Positions 63,798 through 64,000 of a stretch of DNA of 64,000 bases are shown here, piece after piece. Origin of the DNA: Psammoneis japonica (Eukaryota); the NCBI GenBank assembly GCA_008632985.1, contig QPGO01000079.1, positions 1-64,000 of the forward strand. The letters run 5' to 3'. Position 1 is the first letter of the stretch, and the number at the start of each line of letters is the position of its first letter. The notes beneath the pieces are model-generated. The model was not told the DNA's origin and ran no database searches. It worked only from the letters and a program-made list of their open reading frames with translations. The position numbers were made by a program, and so were the translations under genes.

Positions 63798-64000
63798 CAC
63801 ACTAGAGTAAGCACTCGCCACTCAAATCTACTAGCAGCCGTAGCCTAGTAATCATCAAAGCTAACCTACACTGGCGACGATAAGAAGTAAAGATGACGTT
63901 TATACCGGCAACTATTTCAAAATCTTGTTGCGGCATTGGACGTACAGTATCTCTCGAAATGACAAGTCACAAAAAAAAGTGCAGCTCCGCCGGTAAATGA

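Overview
Eukaryotic genomic DNA, most likely from a pennate diatom. This is inferred from short GT-AG introns, a DUF6824 + CRAL-TRIO gene and a secreted RxL/KSSK silaffin-like ORF. About 45 kb is ordinary gene-bearing sequence: haspin-like kinase, MATH/BTB, GNAT, HtrL-like, Ser/Thr kinase, coiled-coil+PH protein, Mx/dynamin fragment, AzgA permease, PRMT5, a cyclic-nucleotide-dependent kinase, a double-GT31 enzyme and TatD. Several of these carry frameshifts or stops. The main signal is five sharply bounded transposon-relic domains (about 15.7-17.2, 30.2-36.5, 42.4-47.6, 50.3-52.0 and 57.4-61.9 kb; roughly 19 kb in total) in which the dinucleotide TpA is almost completely erased and TpG/CpA is in excess. 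Several stretches of 0.9-1.6 kb contain no TA by my reading. Repeat copies inside these domains show TA, TG and CA at homologous positions, and the few surviving TAs are mostly in YTAR context. This points to a context-specific, repeat-targeted A:T->G:C hypermutation process that runs opposite to fungal RIP and overlies CpG decay; I know of no description of it. A second signal is the recurrent intergenic octamer TACCGGTA, which a paralogous empty site identifies as an insertion at a TA, probably a transposon excision footprint. All counts were made by eye and all protein family calls come from motif recognition, not database searches.
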